A stretch of DNA of 64,000 bases from Lama guanicoe (taxonomy: Eukaryota). The stretch is from contig MU054187.1 in NCBI GenBank assembly GCA_013239625.1, forward strand, positions 8,032,358 to 8,096,357, given 5' to 3'. Below are positions 1 to 13,049 of the stretch, piece after piece. The notes beneath the pieces were generated by a model that saw only the letters and a list, made by a program, of their open reading frames with translations, was not told the origin of the DNA and ran no database searches. How positions within the stretch are numbered: position 1 is the first letter of the stretch; every line of letters begins with the position of its first letter. The translations under genes and the position numbers were made by a program.

Positions 1-547
1 TAGAAATCAGTATTTCATGTAAATGTATCTCCGTCTCTCAAGAAGTAATAAAATTGGAACAGGAGGACCGCACCACCAATGTATCTGATGATGACAGAAT
101 CAGTGACACAGCCCAGCACCATCTCAAAATAAAATTGGGAACCTTTCACCAAAAGAATTATTTAACCCACTGTAAACAACTAGGAATCAGAGTAAGGATA
201 GAAATCACATTCTGCTCCCCTTTCACAAGGCAGCTGAAGAATATTGTGTTGCTATTTCAATAAGAATAACACTACACTGATAACAGACTCTATTCAAAAT
301 TTAATAAAGCATTAGTCCCTTAATCAAAACATGACTGTGAGGCTTGGACTGGCACTGGAAAGCAGAATAATGTGAACAAAAGAGAAATGGAACTGTGTCT
401 GAATATCAACTCTACAAACAAATCACATCTCATTACACATGCAGCAATTAGAGACAGGAACTTCAAAACCACTCTCAACTTATCTTCACCAAGTGCCTGA
501 CCAGGGAAAAGTTTAAATCAGGAAATCAAAGCAGGTATGTGATAAAC

Positions 548-580
548 ATCAATCATTCAATCAATCAATCAATCAATCAA
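548..580 (+). repeat. (ATCA)n tetranucleotide microsatellite
   Basis: atcaatcattcaatcaatcaatcaatcaatcaa. Confidence 0.9.
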
Positions 581-781
581 ATGCCATAACACATATATGA
601 CCATATATGCATTTTTTTTGCTTAAGTTGAAGACATTACATAAAATTTTGCCCAAAGTGCATGGATCACAAACATATATGTGTAAAATAGCCATCAAAAT
701 TTTTAATTATAAGCACAAGGAAAATAAACTTTGATTTAAAATGATGTATGTAATTTATATAAAACAAAAATTCTTCTAATT

Positions 782-965
782 CAGCATATGCAATGGTTAA
801 AGACAGATTTCTTGGAATCAGATTGTCTGGGTCTAATTCCAGACTCTATCAATTACAGATTAAAGGCAAGATAGTAAAGCAGTTTTCGCATGGATAAAAT
901 TAAGATAATAAAAATTATGCCTACCTTACAGAGTAGTAAAAATTTAATGAAGTAATGCTTAAAAC
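782..965 (+). mobile_element. MIR SINE relic
   Basis: tggttaaagac...tggaatcagattgtctgggtctaattccagactct...cctaccttacagagt resembles the MIR head and core. Confidence 0.65.
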
Positions 966-2329
966 TCATACATTCACTATCACTATTTAGAAAATGGAAT
1001 CCATTGAAAAGTTTCAGAAATGAAAGCTGCCTGAGAAAGCTTGAATTCCATTGATTAGTATATTATTATGAGTCCCCAAAACTGAACCTGGTTACCTTGA
1101 CTCATTCTAATCCCTGAATAATGATTTTAAAAAGTCATTTACAACTTGAGGACTCAAATCAATGAATTTATCCAGGTTCAGTCAGGGTTTAGCAGTGCCA
1201 CGACAGCATCTGATTCCATCTTACAAGCTAATTTTCAGGTTCAGGCTAACAGTGCATATTGACACTTTTTGCTCATGTGAACCATGAATTACACCGGATT
1301 AGTAATTTAATAAAACACAAACACATGAGATTGGTGTAAAGTTAATGTGCTTCAATAGTTACGTAATATGAAACATGAGCTTTTCAATATTCTGCTTTGC
1401 TTTTATTTATTTATTTTTTAATTTAGTTCTTTCCATTTCTGGGGCTGTTCTCCTTCAGTGTTGGTATTCGAGGTGGTAGCTTTTTGATCTAATTTCCTGT
1501 CCTCTGGCCTCTCCTTAGGACCTGGGCAAAGACCAGAGTCTCTGTAATTTCAATGGAACATCAACTCTTCCTATTAAGACCCGTGAAAAGCTTGGTGTGA
1601 GTAATCCTGGGCAAAAATCAGACAGCAAGGAGCCAAAGTGGAGAAATATAAACACAGCTACAGCACACACTGCCAGGGATCTGGGATACATGGAGAGAGC
1701 TTGTGTGGCAAGTGGAGGGAGAGGTGCCAGATTTAAGCAAGAATTGGGTTGTTCTCAATTCACGCACAGGAAAGGAGGGCCTGAGCACCTGGAATGCGAT
1801 GGATGGATGGGTGTGCTGCATGCGAAAGGGAGATGTGGTCCCCGTTACAGGCAGAATTAAAGGCCTGGTCTCCTGTTCACTGTGATCTTATGAAAAGACA
1901 ACTGCTCTGTGTTTCCAACTCTGTGGTTGTAGCTGATCAGCAAACACTCATACTCAACACAGTGGTTCTGTCCCCGTCTCTCCTCTCAAATACTCTCCTA
2001 GGCTCTTCCAGCCCTGGTCAACCCTTTAACCTAAACCATACCGTCTTTGCGACCTCACTGCTCTTTCCTAGGCAGGGCCCTGGAAAGTTCCTTTCTTCAA
2101 AATTTACCCAGTCCATGTCCCACTTCTTTTGGGTTTGCTGCCTGCAAGATGACTCATCCACTTAACTATGTATTCAGCCCATCCATCACCCACCTATTTA
2201 CTTAATCAACAAGAACACAGTTCTGTGGGCCAGTCACCTTGCTGGGTGCTGAAGGTATGCAGAGAACAACACGACAGACCCTCGCTTTCATGGGCTTACC
2301 TTTTAGTGACAGGATGGTACACTCACTGA

Positions 2330-2836
2330 ACTCACTTTAACTGAATTACTTATTTCAGAACCCTAACTCTAAATACAGCCAATGTTATGGGCTGAATTAT
2401 GTCCCTTCAAAATTCATATGCATCCCTAACCCACAATATGACTACAGTTGGAGGCAGGATTTTTAAGGAGAAAATTTAAGGTTAAATAAAATCATAAGGG
2501 CAGAGCCCTAATCCAACAGGTCTTGTATTCCTGTAAAAAGAGGAAGGGACACTAGAAACAAGCAGGCACAGAGGAAAGGCCATGTGAAAACACAGCGAGA
2601 AGGCGGTTATGTGTAAGCCGGAGAGAGATGAATCAGAACCAAAACTGCAGACATCTTAATTTTGGACTTCCAGGTTTCAGAGCTGTGAAGAAATAAATCT
2701 ATGTTCTTCACGCCACCCAGCCTGGTATTTCGTTATGGCAGCCCTGGCAAGCTAACACAGTCAAGTTCTGAGAGGTACTACGGATTAGGACTTCAACATA
2801 CGAATTTGGGAGAAAACCGAATTTCAACCACAACAC
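2330..2836 (-). mobile_element. MLT1 (MaLR) LTR 5' part, minus strand, split by an inserted MLT1A-like LTR
   Basis: Left half ...ccctaactctaaatacag; right half ttctgagaggtact...ttaggacttcaacatacgaatttggg...caaca is the reverse complement of an MLT1 start. Confidence 0.65.
2383..2759 (+). mobile_element. MLT1A-like MaLR solo LTR
   Basis: TG...CA termini (tgttatgggctgaatt...gctaacaca), aataaa near the 3' end, 5-bp TSD gccaa (2378-2382) / gtcaa (2760-2764). Confidence 0.85.
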
Positions 2837-2949
2837 ACAGTTACACATGGACTAATGAGGAGGCGAAGCCAGCCTGGCAAAGAATTCCAAGAAAGTGTCC
2901 CAAGCAGTGCGCTAAGTCCCTGAAGACAAGAGCGGGTCCTTCTTAGAGG

Positions 2950-3520
2950 CAGAACAGTCCATCTAGAAGTCAGGGTCCTTAGAGCAAAACAGTCCAGGGA
3001 GAGCAGGAGGTAACAAGGTCAAACTGGAGGCAAGGCTAGATGATGTAGGGCCATGCAGGACACGGCAAGAAGTCTGACTCTCGTCGAAGGGGTGGGCAAC
3101 TTTGGATGACTTTCAACTGATGAGTAACATGACCTGATTTGTACCTTTGAAAGATCACCTTCTTGATGTATAGAATGAATTGCAGACAGAGTAAAATGGA
3201 AGTGCCAGTAACTGTTAGGAAGCGATGGAGAGAATCTAGATGACAGATAATGGATTGGAAGGAAGTGATACAGATAAAAAGAAATGGATGGACCCAAGAA
3301 GTCTTTTGGAGGAAGGACCTTGAGGATTTACTGACAGATTAGATATTAGGGATGAAGGAAAAGGCAGAGTCACAGATCACACTTTTTTTTTTTTTTGCCT
3401 TGAACATCTGAGTGGATGATAGGAGTATTTTACTGTGATAAGGAGCACAAAGGAGGAACAGATTTGATGGGAAGGATGGAAGACGAGCATTGGCGTTCAA
3501 ATTATTCAGGATAATAGTGT
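2950..3520 (-). mobile_element. LINE-2 fragment
   Basis: catgacctgatttgtacctttgaaagatcac and ggaaaaggcagagtcacagat are typical antisense L2 3' region. Confidence 0.7.
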
Positions 3521-4249
3521 GACTATTCCTTTGTGACTCAGCTGGCCAACTCACATGCGCTTTTGTTGTTGCTTTGTTTTGTTTTGTTTGGCAAACATCG
3601 AGTTCTTGAACTATGAGACACATTAGTGATGGCTGTTTTCTAATAAATGTTATTTCAGTCCAAGTCTCATTTTAACTTTTTCTTCCCTATTTCCTTTCTT
3701 TCATGATATGCACAATCTGTTGGTTTTCCCGAAGTATAATTCCCATATGTAACTTTGTTCCTGTGGAAAGTCAGTATTAAATTACACTGTCCAAAATAAA
3801 GTTCTGGGAATAGAAACTCATGTATCCCATACATGAGGATTAGTTGTATGTATACAAATTAAACATACAATGATCTTCTTCTATAGAATGCACTAGACTT
3901 GACAGTATTTGATACAAAGTAGCATTTGAGATACCATCAAGCTTTTAAAAGTTCATTCTGTTAAAATATTATAAAAGCTGTTGCTTATTTAAAAACTAGA
4001 CAGTGGTGCTCACACACACACACATTCTCTTCCCTAGCATCTCTCTTTGGCTTGCTCTTAAATTTCTGAATAGGTTTTGATTTGAGGGAAAGCAGTTATA
4101 GGTACACTGAAGGAAGAGTAATCCTTTACACTGCAGGGGACAGGGAGATACTGAGACACAGCTGAGGGACATGGTCGGATTCACATTTTAGATGGATTTT
4201 TCTGGGGACTGTGGAGGAATGATGGGACAATGAAAACACTGGGAGTAGG

Positions 4250-5062
4250 GGAATCAGTGAGAGATGATGCCAACAGAGGGAGGCTGGGAGACATAGCCAC
4301 AAGGGCCCGAACTAAGGCAGGTGGTGGAGGTGGCAGAGCTAGAGAGGAAGAAACATTGGAAAAATATTTCCCATGTAGAATTAGAAGTACAGAGAACTAG
4401 AATTAGAAGAAATAGAAGCACCAGGTGACCAATCGCCAGTTTTCTAGTTTGAGTGATGGGATAATAGATGATGCCACCAACTTGAAGTAAGGAAAAAAAA
4501 GGAAAGAAAAATAACACGTTAGAGGTGGATATATGTGACAGTTAATTTTATAAGCCAGCTTAACGGGACACGGTGCACAGATTAAAACATGATTTCTGGA
4601 TGCGTCTGTGAGGATGCTGCCAGAGAAGATTAGTATTTGAACCAGTGCACTCAGAGAGAGAGCCGGCCCTCTCCAGCGTGGGTGGGCATCATGCCATCCG
4701 TGAGGGTTTGAATAGAACAAGAGATGGAGGGAGGAGGGATTTGCCCCTTTTTTCCTGCCTCACTGCCTGAGCTGGGACATCTCACCTCATCTTTTTCTGC
4801 CCTAGGATTTACACCATCAGCGCCCCTTGTTCTCAGGCCTTCAGAGTCAGTCTGAATGGCATCACCAGCTTTCCTGGATCTACAGCTCACAGATGGCAGA
4901 TTGTGGGACTTCTCAGCCTCCAAAAGCACATGATCCAATTCCTCATAATAAATCTTCTTTACATATATAGAAATCTCCCTCTCTCTAGAAACGCAAGGGA
5001 AGAATAGAGCACAGGCGGGGATGGATAGTTGGTGGAGAGAAAGAGAAAAACACAAGGGAAGA

Positions 5063-5094
<32 letters not shown>

Positions 5095-5430
5095 GGAGAG
5101 AGAGAGGGAGGGAGAGGGAAATATCCCATTGCTATTGGTTCTGTTTCTAAGGAGAACCTTGACTAACACAACATAGGAGCAAGAATAATTCCTTGTTTTT
5201 GGAACAGGATGAGTTTGAGGTATTTGTGGATGCCCAAGAGGAGAGGCTGTTGGAATCTCATAACAGAGATCAACACTAGAATATGCACTTGGGGTTCACT
5301 GGCTGTAACCAGTAGATGAAGCGCTAAGAGTGTGAGATTGTCGGGAGAAACAAGTAGATTTAGAAAAGCAAAGGGCCGTAGACAGAACCTGTGAAAACAT
5401 CAACATTTAAGAGGTGGGAGAGAGACAGCA
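4250..5430 (-). mobile_element. LINE-2 fragment interrupted by an MLT2 LTR
   Basis: L2-like purine-rich sequence on both sides of the LTR (ccagtttctagtttgagtgatggg; gatgagtttgagg...gacagaacctgtgaaaacatcaacatttaagagg). Confidence 0.6.
4534..5170 (+). mobile_element. MLT2 (ERVL) solo LTR with internal (TA)n(GA)n tract
   Basis: tgtgacagttaatttta...ctattggttctgtttctaaggagaaccttgactaacaca; 5-bp TSD atata (4529-4533) / acata (5171-5175). Confidence 0.88.
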
Positions 5431-5742
5431 AAACATCTGGTAGCTATTGTTTTGATATAAATGTAGTAAATACAATATGGAAATTCAATTAATAAACTTC
5501 CATAATTATACATTTACACACCAGGGGAGGGAGACTTATGCAACATGCAACCTGAAGATTTTGAGAGTATGACTTAACAGAAATTGATATCATTCTCAGG
5601 AAAACTTTATTTCACCTTGGTTCTAATATTAGTACTAGTCTAATGTAGCTGGATTAAAACAAAACATGTGCACACGCACACACACGCACACACACCGCTA
5701 AAGGGGTATCAGCAGGCATGTAAACCTGCAGCAGAGACTCAC

Positions 5743-5812
5743 CTTCACTACTGTTGTTAAAGTCATTTAAAAGATGTGACTCCTCGGGGTGCGGGCCACA
5801 TAAGACTAGTGA
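5743..5812 (-). other. Candidate 70-nt exon, unknown transcript
   Basis: Acceptor ctttgtgctctatgtag, consensus donor AAG/gtgagt, open frame SLVLCGPHPEESHLLNDFNNSSE. Confidence 0.25.
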
Positions 5813-6155
5813 CTACATAGAGCACAAAGGTGCGTGCCAATGGTCTGGAAGTTTCAGGACAAGAAACAGTGAGGTAGCTTTGCCAATATTTATTTAACAA
5901 ATTTGAAATATAAATCCACGATATTTTAAAAATTGTCAAATGTATTTAATAATCGTTGATTATTGAGTGCTGTGCCTGCACTTTCAAAGACAGTATTAGT
6001 ATTTTTTTATCTTGGAAAACATGTACTTTCTAATTATTTGCATGACATTTGTTATTTTTAAATTTTCCTTGTTATTATTAGGTTTTTTTAAATTCTTGAT
6101 TAGTTCAAAGAAACTAGATAATGGTTCAAAATTGATTCATCAAAGCATTAAAAAA

Positions 6156-6785
6156 AACAGTGTGGAGATTCCTCAAAAGACTAGGAATAGACTTACCATA
6201 TGACCCAGGAATCCCACTCCTGGGCTTGTATCCAGAAGGAAATCTACTTCAGGATGACACCTGCACTCCAATGTTCATAGCAGCACTATTTACAATAGCC
6301 AAAACATGGAAACAGCCTAAATGTCCATCAATAGGTGACTGGATAAAGAAGCTGTGGTATATTTATACAATGGAATACTACTCAGCCATAAAAACCGACA
6401 ACATAACGCCATTTGCAGCAACATGGATGCTCCGAGAGAATGTCATTCTAAGTGAAGTAAGCCAGAAAGAGAAAGAAAAATGCCATATGAGATCGCTCAT
6501 ATGTGGAATCTAAAGATTCATGGACAGAGAATACAGACTTGTGGTTACTAGGGGGGTAGAGGGTGGGAAGGGAAAGACTGGGATTTCAAAATTGTAGAAT
6601 AGATAAACAAGATTACACTGTATAGCACAGGGAAATATACACGAAATGTTATGATAAATCACAGAGAAAAAAATGTGACAATGAGTGTGTATATGTCCAT
6701 GAATGACTGAAAAATTGTGCTGAACACTGGAATTTGACACAACATTGTAAAATGATTATAAATCAATAAAAAATGTTAAAAAAAA
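6156..6785 (+). mobile_element. Young 5'-truncated LINE-1: ORF2 C-terminus, 3' UTR and A tail
   Basis: Uninterrupted ORF2 C-terminal frame, aataaa and A-rich tail; ttaaaaaaaa at both ends (6148-6157, 6776-6785). Confidence 0.95.
6160..6513 (+). pseudogene. LINE-1 ORF2 C-terminal fragment, not an independent gene
   Basis: WRFLKRLGIDLPYDPGIPLLGLYP...CTPMFIAALFTIAKTWKQPKCPS...WIKKLWYIYTMEYYSAIK is the canonical L1 ORF2p C-terminus. Confidence 0.93.
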
Positions 6786-6953
6786 TCAATGAAATAGAAA
6801 TGTAAATATAGTTACTCAGATTATTGTTTTTAAATATAATAGTGAACAGAGCTCCAGGGCAAATCTAAAATGGGAATCTGCAACTATGATGATTTCATAC
6901 ACACATCCAAAAAAATGAGAGTGAAATGAGGAAAATAAGATAATATAAAATAC

Positions 6954-6997
6954 CTGGAGATTTCTTGCTCTGCCTCTGGTAGCTGGACCATTGTCTG
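6954..6997 (-). other. Candidate 44-nt exon, unknown transcript
   Basis: Branch-point-like ctaat, acceptor ttttgtag (NAGNAG tagcag), donor CAG/gtattt. Confidence 0.25.
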
Positions 6998-7554
6998 CTA
7001 CAAAACTGTGACAATTAGTGGCAAGAAGCTATCAAAGCTTCATGTTCTTTTCAAAGAAAACATACTCTTCTAGTAAATCAAATTTTTCACAAAAAGGTAT
7101 AAATAACGCTCAATATTTGGAAATATTGTACACAAAACAAGTTTAAGTCATTAATTTTGAAAAAAGAATAAACCTGTACACCCAGTCACAAAGATGGTAA
7201 TAAATATGTTCAAGAAAAAGCGTAAGAACCTGTTGTCATGGGAGCAGCTGGAAGAGAAGCTGCTCTGTATCCCATCCTGTGAGCAGAGGCCAGGCTCAGC
7301 ACTGCTGGAGTGCAGTGGGAAGGGTCACAGCAGAGGAATAGGCCAAGCATTTGGTTTTAAGTAGACCCAGTTGTTCCCACCTGGGGACTTTCTCATGAAT
7401 CCAGGTCCACCAGATGGACACATGAGAAAGGAAGCAGGGCTCATAGACGTCTATTTGCATCATCTCACACAAGAGCTGCTTATTGTAAAAACTGAATGTC
7501 AATATATGTAGAACAACATCCTGGTAAGGGAAGGAGTAAGGAAATCCAAAAGCC

Positions 7555-7927
7555 TGTCTCTCCACACAAGCAGCAAATACACTGTCAAAAGCAGTCAAAG
7601 TGAAGTCCATGAGAACTCTGGAAACTAATCAAACGTGTACAGCAAGCAGGCGAATGCTTAAATAAAAACAAAAGGGCTGAATCTCAGTCTTCAATTCTGA
7701 GAAAATTTCTATCAAACCACTAGCTGCCTACTAAGCTAATGGAACATAAACTTCCTTGGCCATACACAGTAAAGAATACAGACTTTAGAAAATTAGTTCA
7801 GAAAAATCACTATATAAACAAACAACAACTACTCTAACAAGCTGCAACAAAAAAAGAACAACCTGGGAAGGATGGAGAATCTGATCTTCAGTGTTATTAC
7901 ATTATAACATTCAGAATGTCCAGTTTT
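7555..7927 (+). mobile_element. Old L1M 5' UTR/ORF1-start fragment
   Basis: aaagaatacagactttagaaaattagttcagaaaaatcact...ggagaatctgat...cagaatgtccagtttt resembles the L1M 5' region. Confidence 0.55.
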
Positions 7928-7929
7928 AT

Positions 7930-9950
7930 AATTGCATCAAAAAGAATAAAATACTAAGAATAAATCTAGAGAGGTAAAAGACTTTTACTCTGAAAACTAT
8001 AAGACACTGATGAAAGAAATTGAAGCTGAGACAAAGAATGGTAAAGTATACTGCATTCATGAACTGGAAGAATTAATCTTGTTAAAATGACCGTATTACC
8101 CATGGCAATCTATAGATTCAATGCAATCACTATCAAAATATCAATGGTATTTTCACAAAACTAGAACAAATAATTCTAAAATCTGCATGGAAACAAAAAA
8201 GGTCCCTAATACCCAAAACAATCTTCAGAAAGAACAAAACCGGAGTCATCATACTCCCTGATTTCAAACTATACTACAAAGCAAGAGTAATCAGTATGGT
8301 CCTGGCACAAAAACAGAGCCCAGAAATGAGCCCACACTTACACGTAAAAAACTATTCTAGGACAAAGGAAGCAAGAATATACAGTGGGGGAAAAGAAAGA
8401 TTATTCGATAAACGTTGTTGGGAAGTGAAAATAAACAAATGGGACTGTATCAAACTAAGAAAGTTTTGTACAGAGAGGGAAAATGTTAACAAAATGAAAA
8501 GGCTGCTTACTGAAAGGGAGAAAAAAATTGCAAATTATATATCTAACAAATGATTAATATCCAAAGAACCCATACAACTCAACATAGAAAAAAACACAAA
8601 TAACCGAATTAAAAAATAGGTGATCTGAACAGACATTTTTCCAAAGGCAACATAGAGATGGCCAACAAGCACATGAAGTGATGTTCAACATCACGAGTCA
8701 ACAGGGAAATACACATTAAAACCACAATGAAATATTACCTTACACCTATCAGAATGGCTATTATCAGAAAGACAACAAAGAACAAGTGTTGGCAAGGATG
8801 TGGATGAAAAGAGAACCCTCATGCACTGTTGTGGGAATGTAAATTGGTGCAGCCACTTTGGAAAATAGTATGGAGGGTCCTAAAAGAATTAAAAACAGAA
8901 CTATCATATGATCCAGCAATTCTGCTCATGGGTATTTACCCAAAGAAAATGAAAACACCCATTTGAAAAGATACATGTACCCACTGTAGCATTATTTACA
9001 ATTGCCAAGATATGAAAGCAACATAAGTGGCCATCAATAGATGAATGGATAAAGAAGTGGTATATGTATACAGTGGAATATTATTCAGCCATAAAAAAGA
9101 ATGAAATATTACCATTTGCGACAACATGGATGGACCTAAAAGGTATTTTGCAAAGTGAAATAAATAAGAAAGAAAGGTAAATACTACATGATTTCACTTA
9201 TATGTGGAATCTCAAAAATAAAACAAACAAACAAACCAAAAAACCAGAAACAGAATCATAGGTACAGAGAACAAATAGGTGGTTGCCAGAAGGAAGGAGG
9301 GAGAGAGATGAGAGAAATAGGTGAGGGAGATTAAGAGGTACAAATTTTCAGTAGCAAAATAATTGATTCACAGATATGAAATGTACAGTGTGGGGAATAG
9401 TGTCAATAATTATGTAATATCTTTGTATGGGAACAGATAACAAATAGACTTACATGGTGACCATTTTGAAATGTATAAAAATATCAAATCACTCTCTTGT
9501 GTACCAAGAATTAATACAGTGTTGTAGGTCAATTATACTTCAAAAACAAACAAACTAACTCATGGAAAATGAGATCCGATTTGTGGTTACCAGAGGCAGA
9601 GGGTAGAAGGAGGAAGGATTGGATCAAAGTAGTCAAAAGGTACAAACATTCAGTTATCAGATAAATAAGTACTAGGGATGCAATGCACAACATGATTAAA
9701 AAGAATTAACAATGCTGTACATTATATGTGAAAGTTGTTAACTGAGTAAATCCTAAGAGTTCTCATCACAAGGAAAATATATCTTTTCTATTTCTTTAGT
9801 GTTGTATGTATATAACATGATGGATATTCACTAAACTTAGTGTGACAATCATCTCGTGGTGTATGTAAGTCAAAGCATTATGCTGCATATCTTAAACTTA
9901 CACAATGCTATATGTTAAATATATCTCTGTAAAACTGGAAGAGAAAAAAA
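7930..9950 (+). mobile_element. L1MA9-like LINE-1: decayed ORF2 3' part and long 3' UTR
   Basis: ORF2 motifs (ttcaaactatactacaaagc; INKWDCIKLRKFCT in ORF 8296-8553; tatgatccagcaatt), bipartite 3' UTR ending in aaaactggaagagaaaaaaa. Confidence 0.9.
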
Positions 9951-11002
9951 TTCATTAAAATAACCCATATAATTTGTTCTCTGTTTTTTTGTATCCAAAT
10001 TTGTCACTATAGACTATACACGTGAATCACTTCCAAATTTCTTCTTCCTTCCTAGATGTTGTCCCAAATGATAGCAGCCACTTTTTTTCTCCATGTTTTG
10101 ACCTTTTACGTATACACCTTTTTGACTTTTTATATATTCCCCCTTTCTTCTTTTTTCCCCTTTCCTTTGTTCTATCAAATGACATAATTTCATTAAACTG
10201 ATATTTTTGAAAGCTTAAATTTGATTAAGATATACATCTTTCATTCAGCTAATAGTAATCCTTCACTTTTATACAATGCTTTAGAGTTAACAAAAGGTTG
10301 TCATACATTGTACCATTTAAGATTCAACGACTTGTGAAATAGCAAAGGCATTTGACTTTAGCAACAGCTCAGAGCCAAGATGCAGTCTATAGTGTCAGAG
10401 AAAGGGGCAAATTCAGATCATCAGCCATATAAAGAGAAATTCAGCTGCCAGTCACATGCTTTGTAAACTCTGCCAAACAGCACCAATTAAGGGAAGAGCA
10501 ATACAATTATTAATAAATTTTACCCCAAAAAAACTTCACCTCAGCAAAAAGTATTCAAACATAAAGTGTTGGAAACTGTGCATTGAAAACTCAAGATGAA
10601 ACCATTGCTTGAAGACTGGAAAATCAAAACGTCAAAGAGAACATATATAGCAAACAATAAAGGGAATGCTAACACACAAAATATATCATCCCAGGTAACT
10701 GAGGATTTGTCCCAAGATGAAGGAACTGCAAATCAATAAAAATTCCATGAGATTCAACAAAGCAGTACATTTTCACAAAGGGGTGACTTTATAAAAACCT
10801 TGCAAAATGATGCAAAGGATCTAAAAGTCAGAAACTAGATAAAAGCGCAAGAAAAAAGAAAGAAGCTCAAATACTCTGAACTAATAGCTCAATTTATGCC
10901 CTTCAAAACAACCCCTAACAATTGGGAAGTGTCAGACTTATAGCATTCAATGGATACCTCGCGACTCAGTCATACTCTGATTATGACCAGCAACTGTGAT
11001 TA

Positions 11003-11113
11003 GGAAGGGAGAGAGAGAGGGAAGGAAGAAGAGTGGAGAGCAAATGAAAGAAAAAAAATGAAAGAAAGGAAGGGAGGAAGGGAGAGAGGGTGGAAGGGAG
11101 GGAAGGGGAAGGA
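11003..11113 (+). repeat. Purine-rich (GGAA/GGGA) low-complexity tract
   Basis: Almost pure A/G run containing six GGG tracts at 11072-11108. Confidence 0.8.
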
Positions 11114-12329
11114 GCTAATGTATAACAAAAAGGGAACAGTTTAATGATTGGGGAATCAAATGATGCCAAACCAACTTTCCTTGAAAATGAATGAGGTAAT
11201 AGTAGGTCACAAAGATAAGGACTTAGTGAGGAAAAGACAGTGGGGACAGTGAAAGGCTTTCAGAATCAGAATGACACCAAAACTAGAAACCACTCTTGGC
11301 AAGAGAATGTCTAAGTAACCCCACTTCAGTCTCACAGTATTCTGTTGAGACCCCTCAAAGAGTTCATCAGAATAAATGTCCTCCACAGTTGAAATGGCCC
11401 TGAGCCTTGTGGGAGTCAATCACAGGAACCCTTGGAACCCCTGTAATCAAAGTAATTCCAGGCTGTGCCTTTACAGGGGCCGTTATGTTATACCACTGGC
11501 ATGTTGAGATGGTCAGGATCTGTTTGCTGCAGGAACAGTTGCCTAAGAGCTAGTACATTTATATTCAACTCAAGTAAACCTTGGTGACATACAAAAAGGA
11601 TCCAGTAACGTTCAACCGAGATTCTAAAGCAAGTTCTACAAGCAAATGTATCATTTATGAAAGAATCAAGTACTTGACAAATCAAAGCATCCTCCTTTGA
11701 AGTAAGCTAAATAAATGATATGTTGTGACCAGAATTCAACAGGTCAAAGATAATGCGAACTGAAGGAATTAGTCAAAAATACAATGTAATTTTTTTGCTT
11801 CAATTTTTCAGCTTTCTTTGGTCATAGAAGTGACTTAGGACAATAACTATGCTGTTATTTCAGTAAAAACGCAGCCCACTAAGGAAATTTGCAAACTTTA
11901 TAAAGAGAAATTGTTCTGTTTGGAAACAGAGCATTAACCAAAATTGTAGCATTAAGTGAAATTTTAGCTTTTTAAGAATCAGGATTAAAATAAACTCAGA
12001 TTCATTAATACAAAAATATTAAGAAGCTAGACTTTACCCAGGTGATGTTTGAATTGTAATTTTATCCTCAGATTCTCAAGTGTTATCTGAGCACTATTTC
12101 TGTTTCTCTGAGAATCATTCATATTTCTACTTAAAAATCTTTCTTTCTCCTCATATAAATTTCATAAATTTATTATGTGGAGGCAGTTTACCCTTCATAG
12201 CCAGCACTTCTCCTAAGGATTACAGATACTGACAGCTCAGTTTTGTTTTAGTTATCATTTTTGTTTTCCATTTACAACTGTGGTACAGGCTCCAATTTCA
12301 TGCTAGATTCCAAACATGGAGCTAAATTA

Positions 12330-12501
12330 TAGTTCTCAACCCTGGTGCCCACCAGAATCGTCTGGCAGCTTCAAAATATAGGCGTAAGTACCATTTCACA
12401 GGTTCAGTTAATTATGACCGGTCTCCAGTAAAAGCTGACCATCAATAGTTCTTGAATTTCTCTAAATGATTTTAGATTGCATTGAGGGTTGAGAAACACT
12501 G
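12330..12501. mobile_element. MER5-like hAT-Charlie MITE
   Basis: Terminal inverted repeats tagttctcaaccct ... agggttgagaaacactg. Confidence 0.75.
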
Positions 12502-13049
12502 GTTAAGGAACCCAAGATCTATGAGTCTCTTTTTTTCCTGTGGTGACAATCACCATAGTAGGAATATTTCAGTCTGGAAAAATTAGAACTCAGGTCTATA
12601 TTGTGTAAGGCTTAAAAATCACACGACTGAAAAAAAAAAGCATACACTCTAAAAAGACAATTATTCATATGTTATTTAAAATTTTTCAATATATAAAACA
12701 ACTCTTGGCAGATTCAGAATTAATTGGCATAGACCTAATATGTAGAGACTTACCACAGCTAGCTCTGAACAAAACTGTGAAACAGACAAAAAGTCTTCCA
12801 TGCCTCACTCTTCTCTTTCTTCGCTCCCCATCCCATTCTCTCTGAATTTTCAGGCTAACCCCACAAGGCTCCTCTAGGGAGCTAAGATCATAGGAAAATA
12901 TTTCCAGAAGAAAATTCAAATGACTCCTTCTTTGGAGTCTATTTTTTTGCTGTTTAATACACACCTGGTAACATGATGACAATAAAAATGCAAACAAGTA
13001 GAGGTCTGATGAACGAAAACACATTAGTAGATGAAATAGTTGTGCTTAC

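Noticed and set aside
4651..5169. 172-aa minus-strand ORF
   Set aside because: Lies entirely within the MLT2 LTR; the SLSLSL and IYIY runs are translated microsatellite.
9240..9950. Apparent double L1 3' end suggesting a chimeric element
   Set aside because: As I recall, a bipartite 3' UTR is normal for L1MA9-like elements in laurasiatherians, so it is not a local novelty.
11207..11710. Protein-like minus-strand frames (TVEDIYSDELFEG; LTSKEDALICQVLDSF)
   Set aside because: No matching strong splice-site pair and no recognisable homology.
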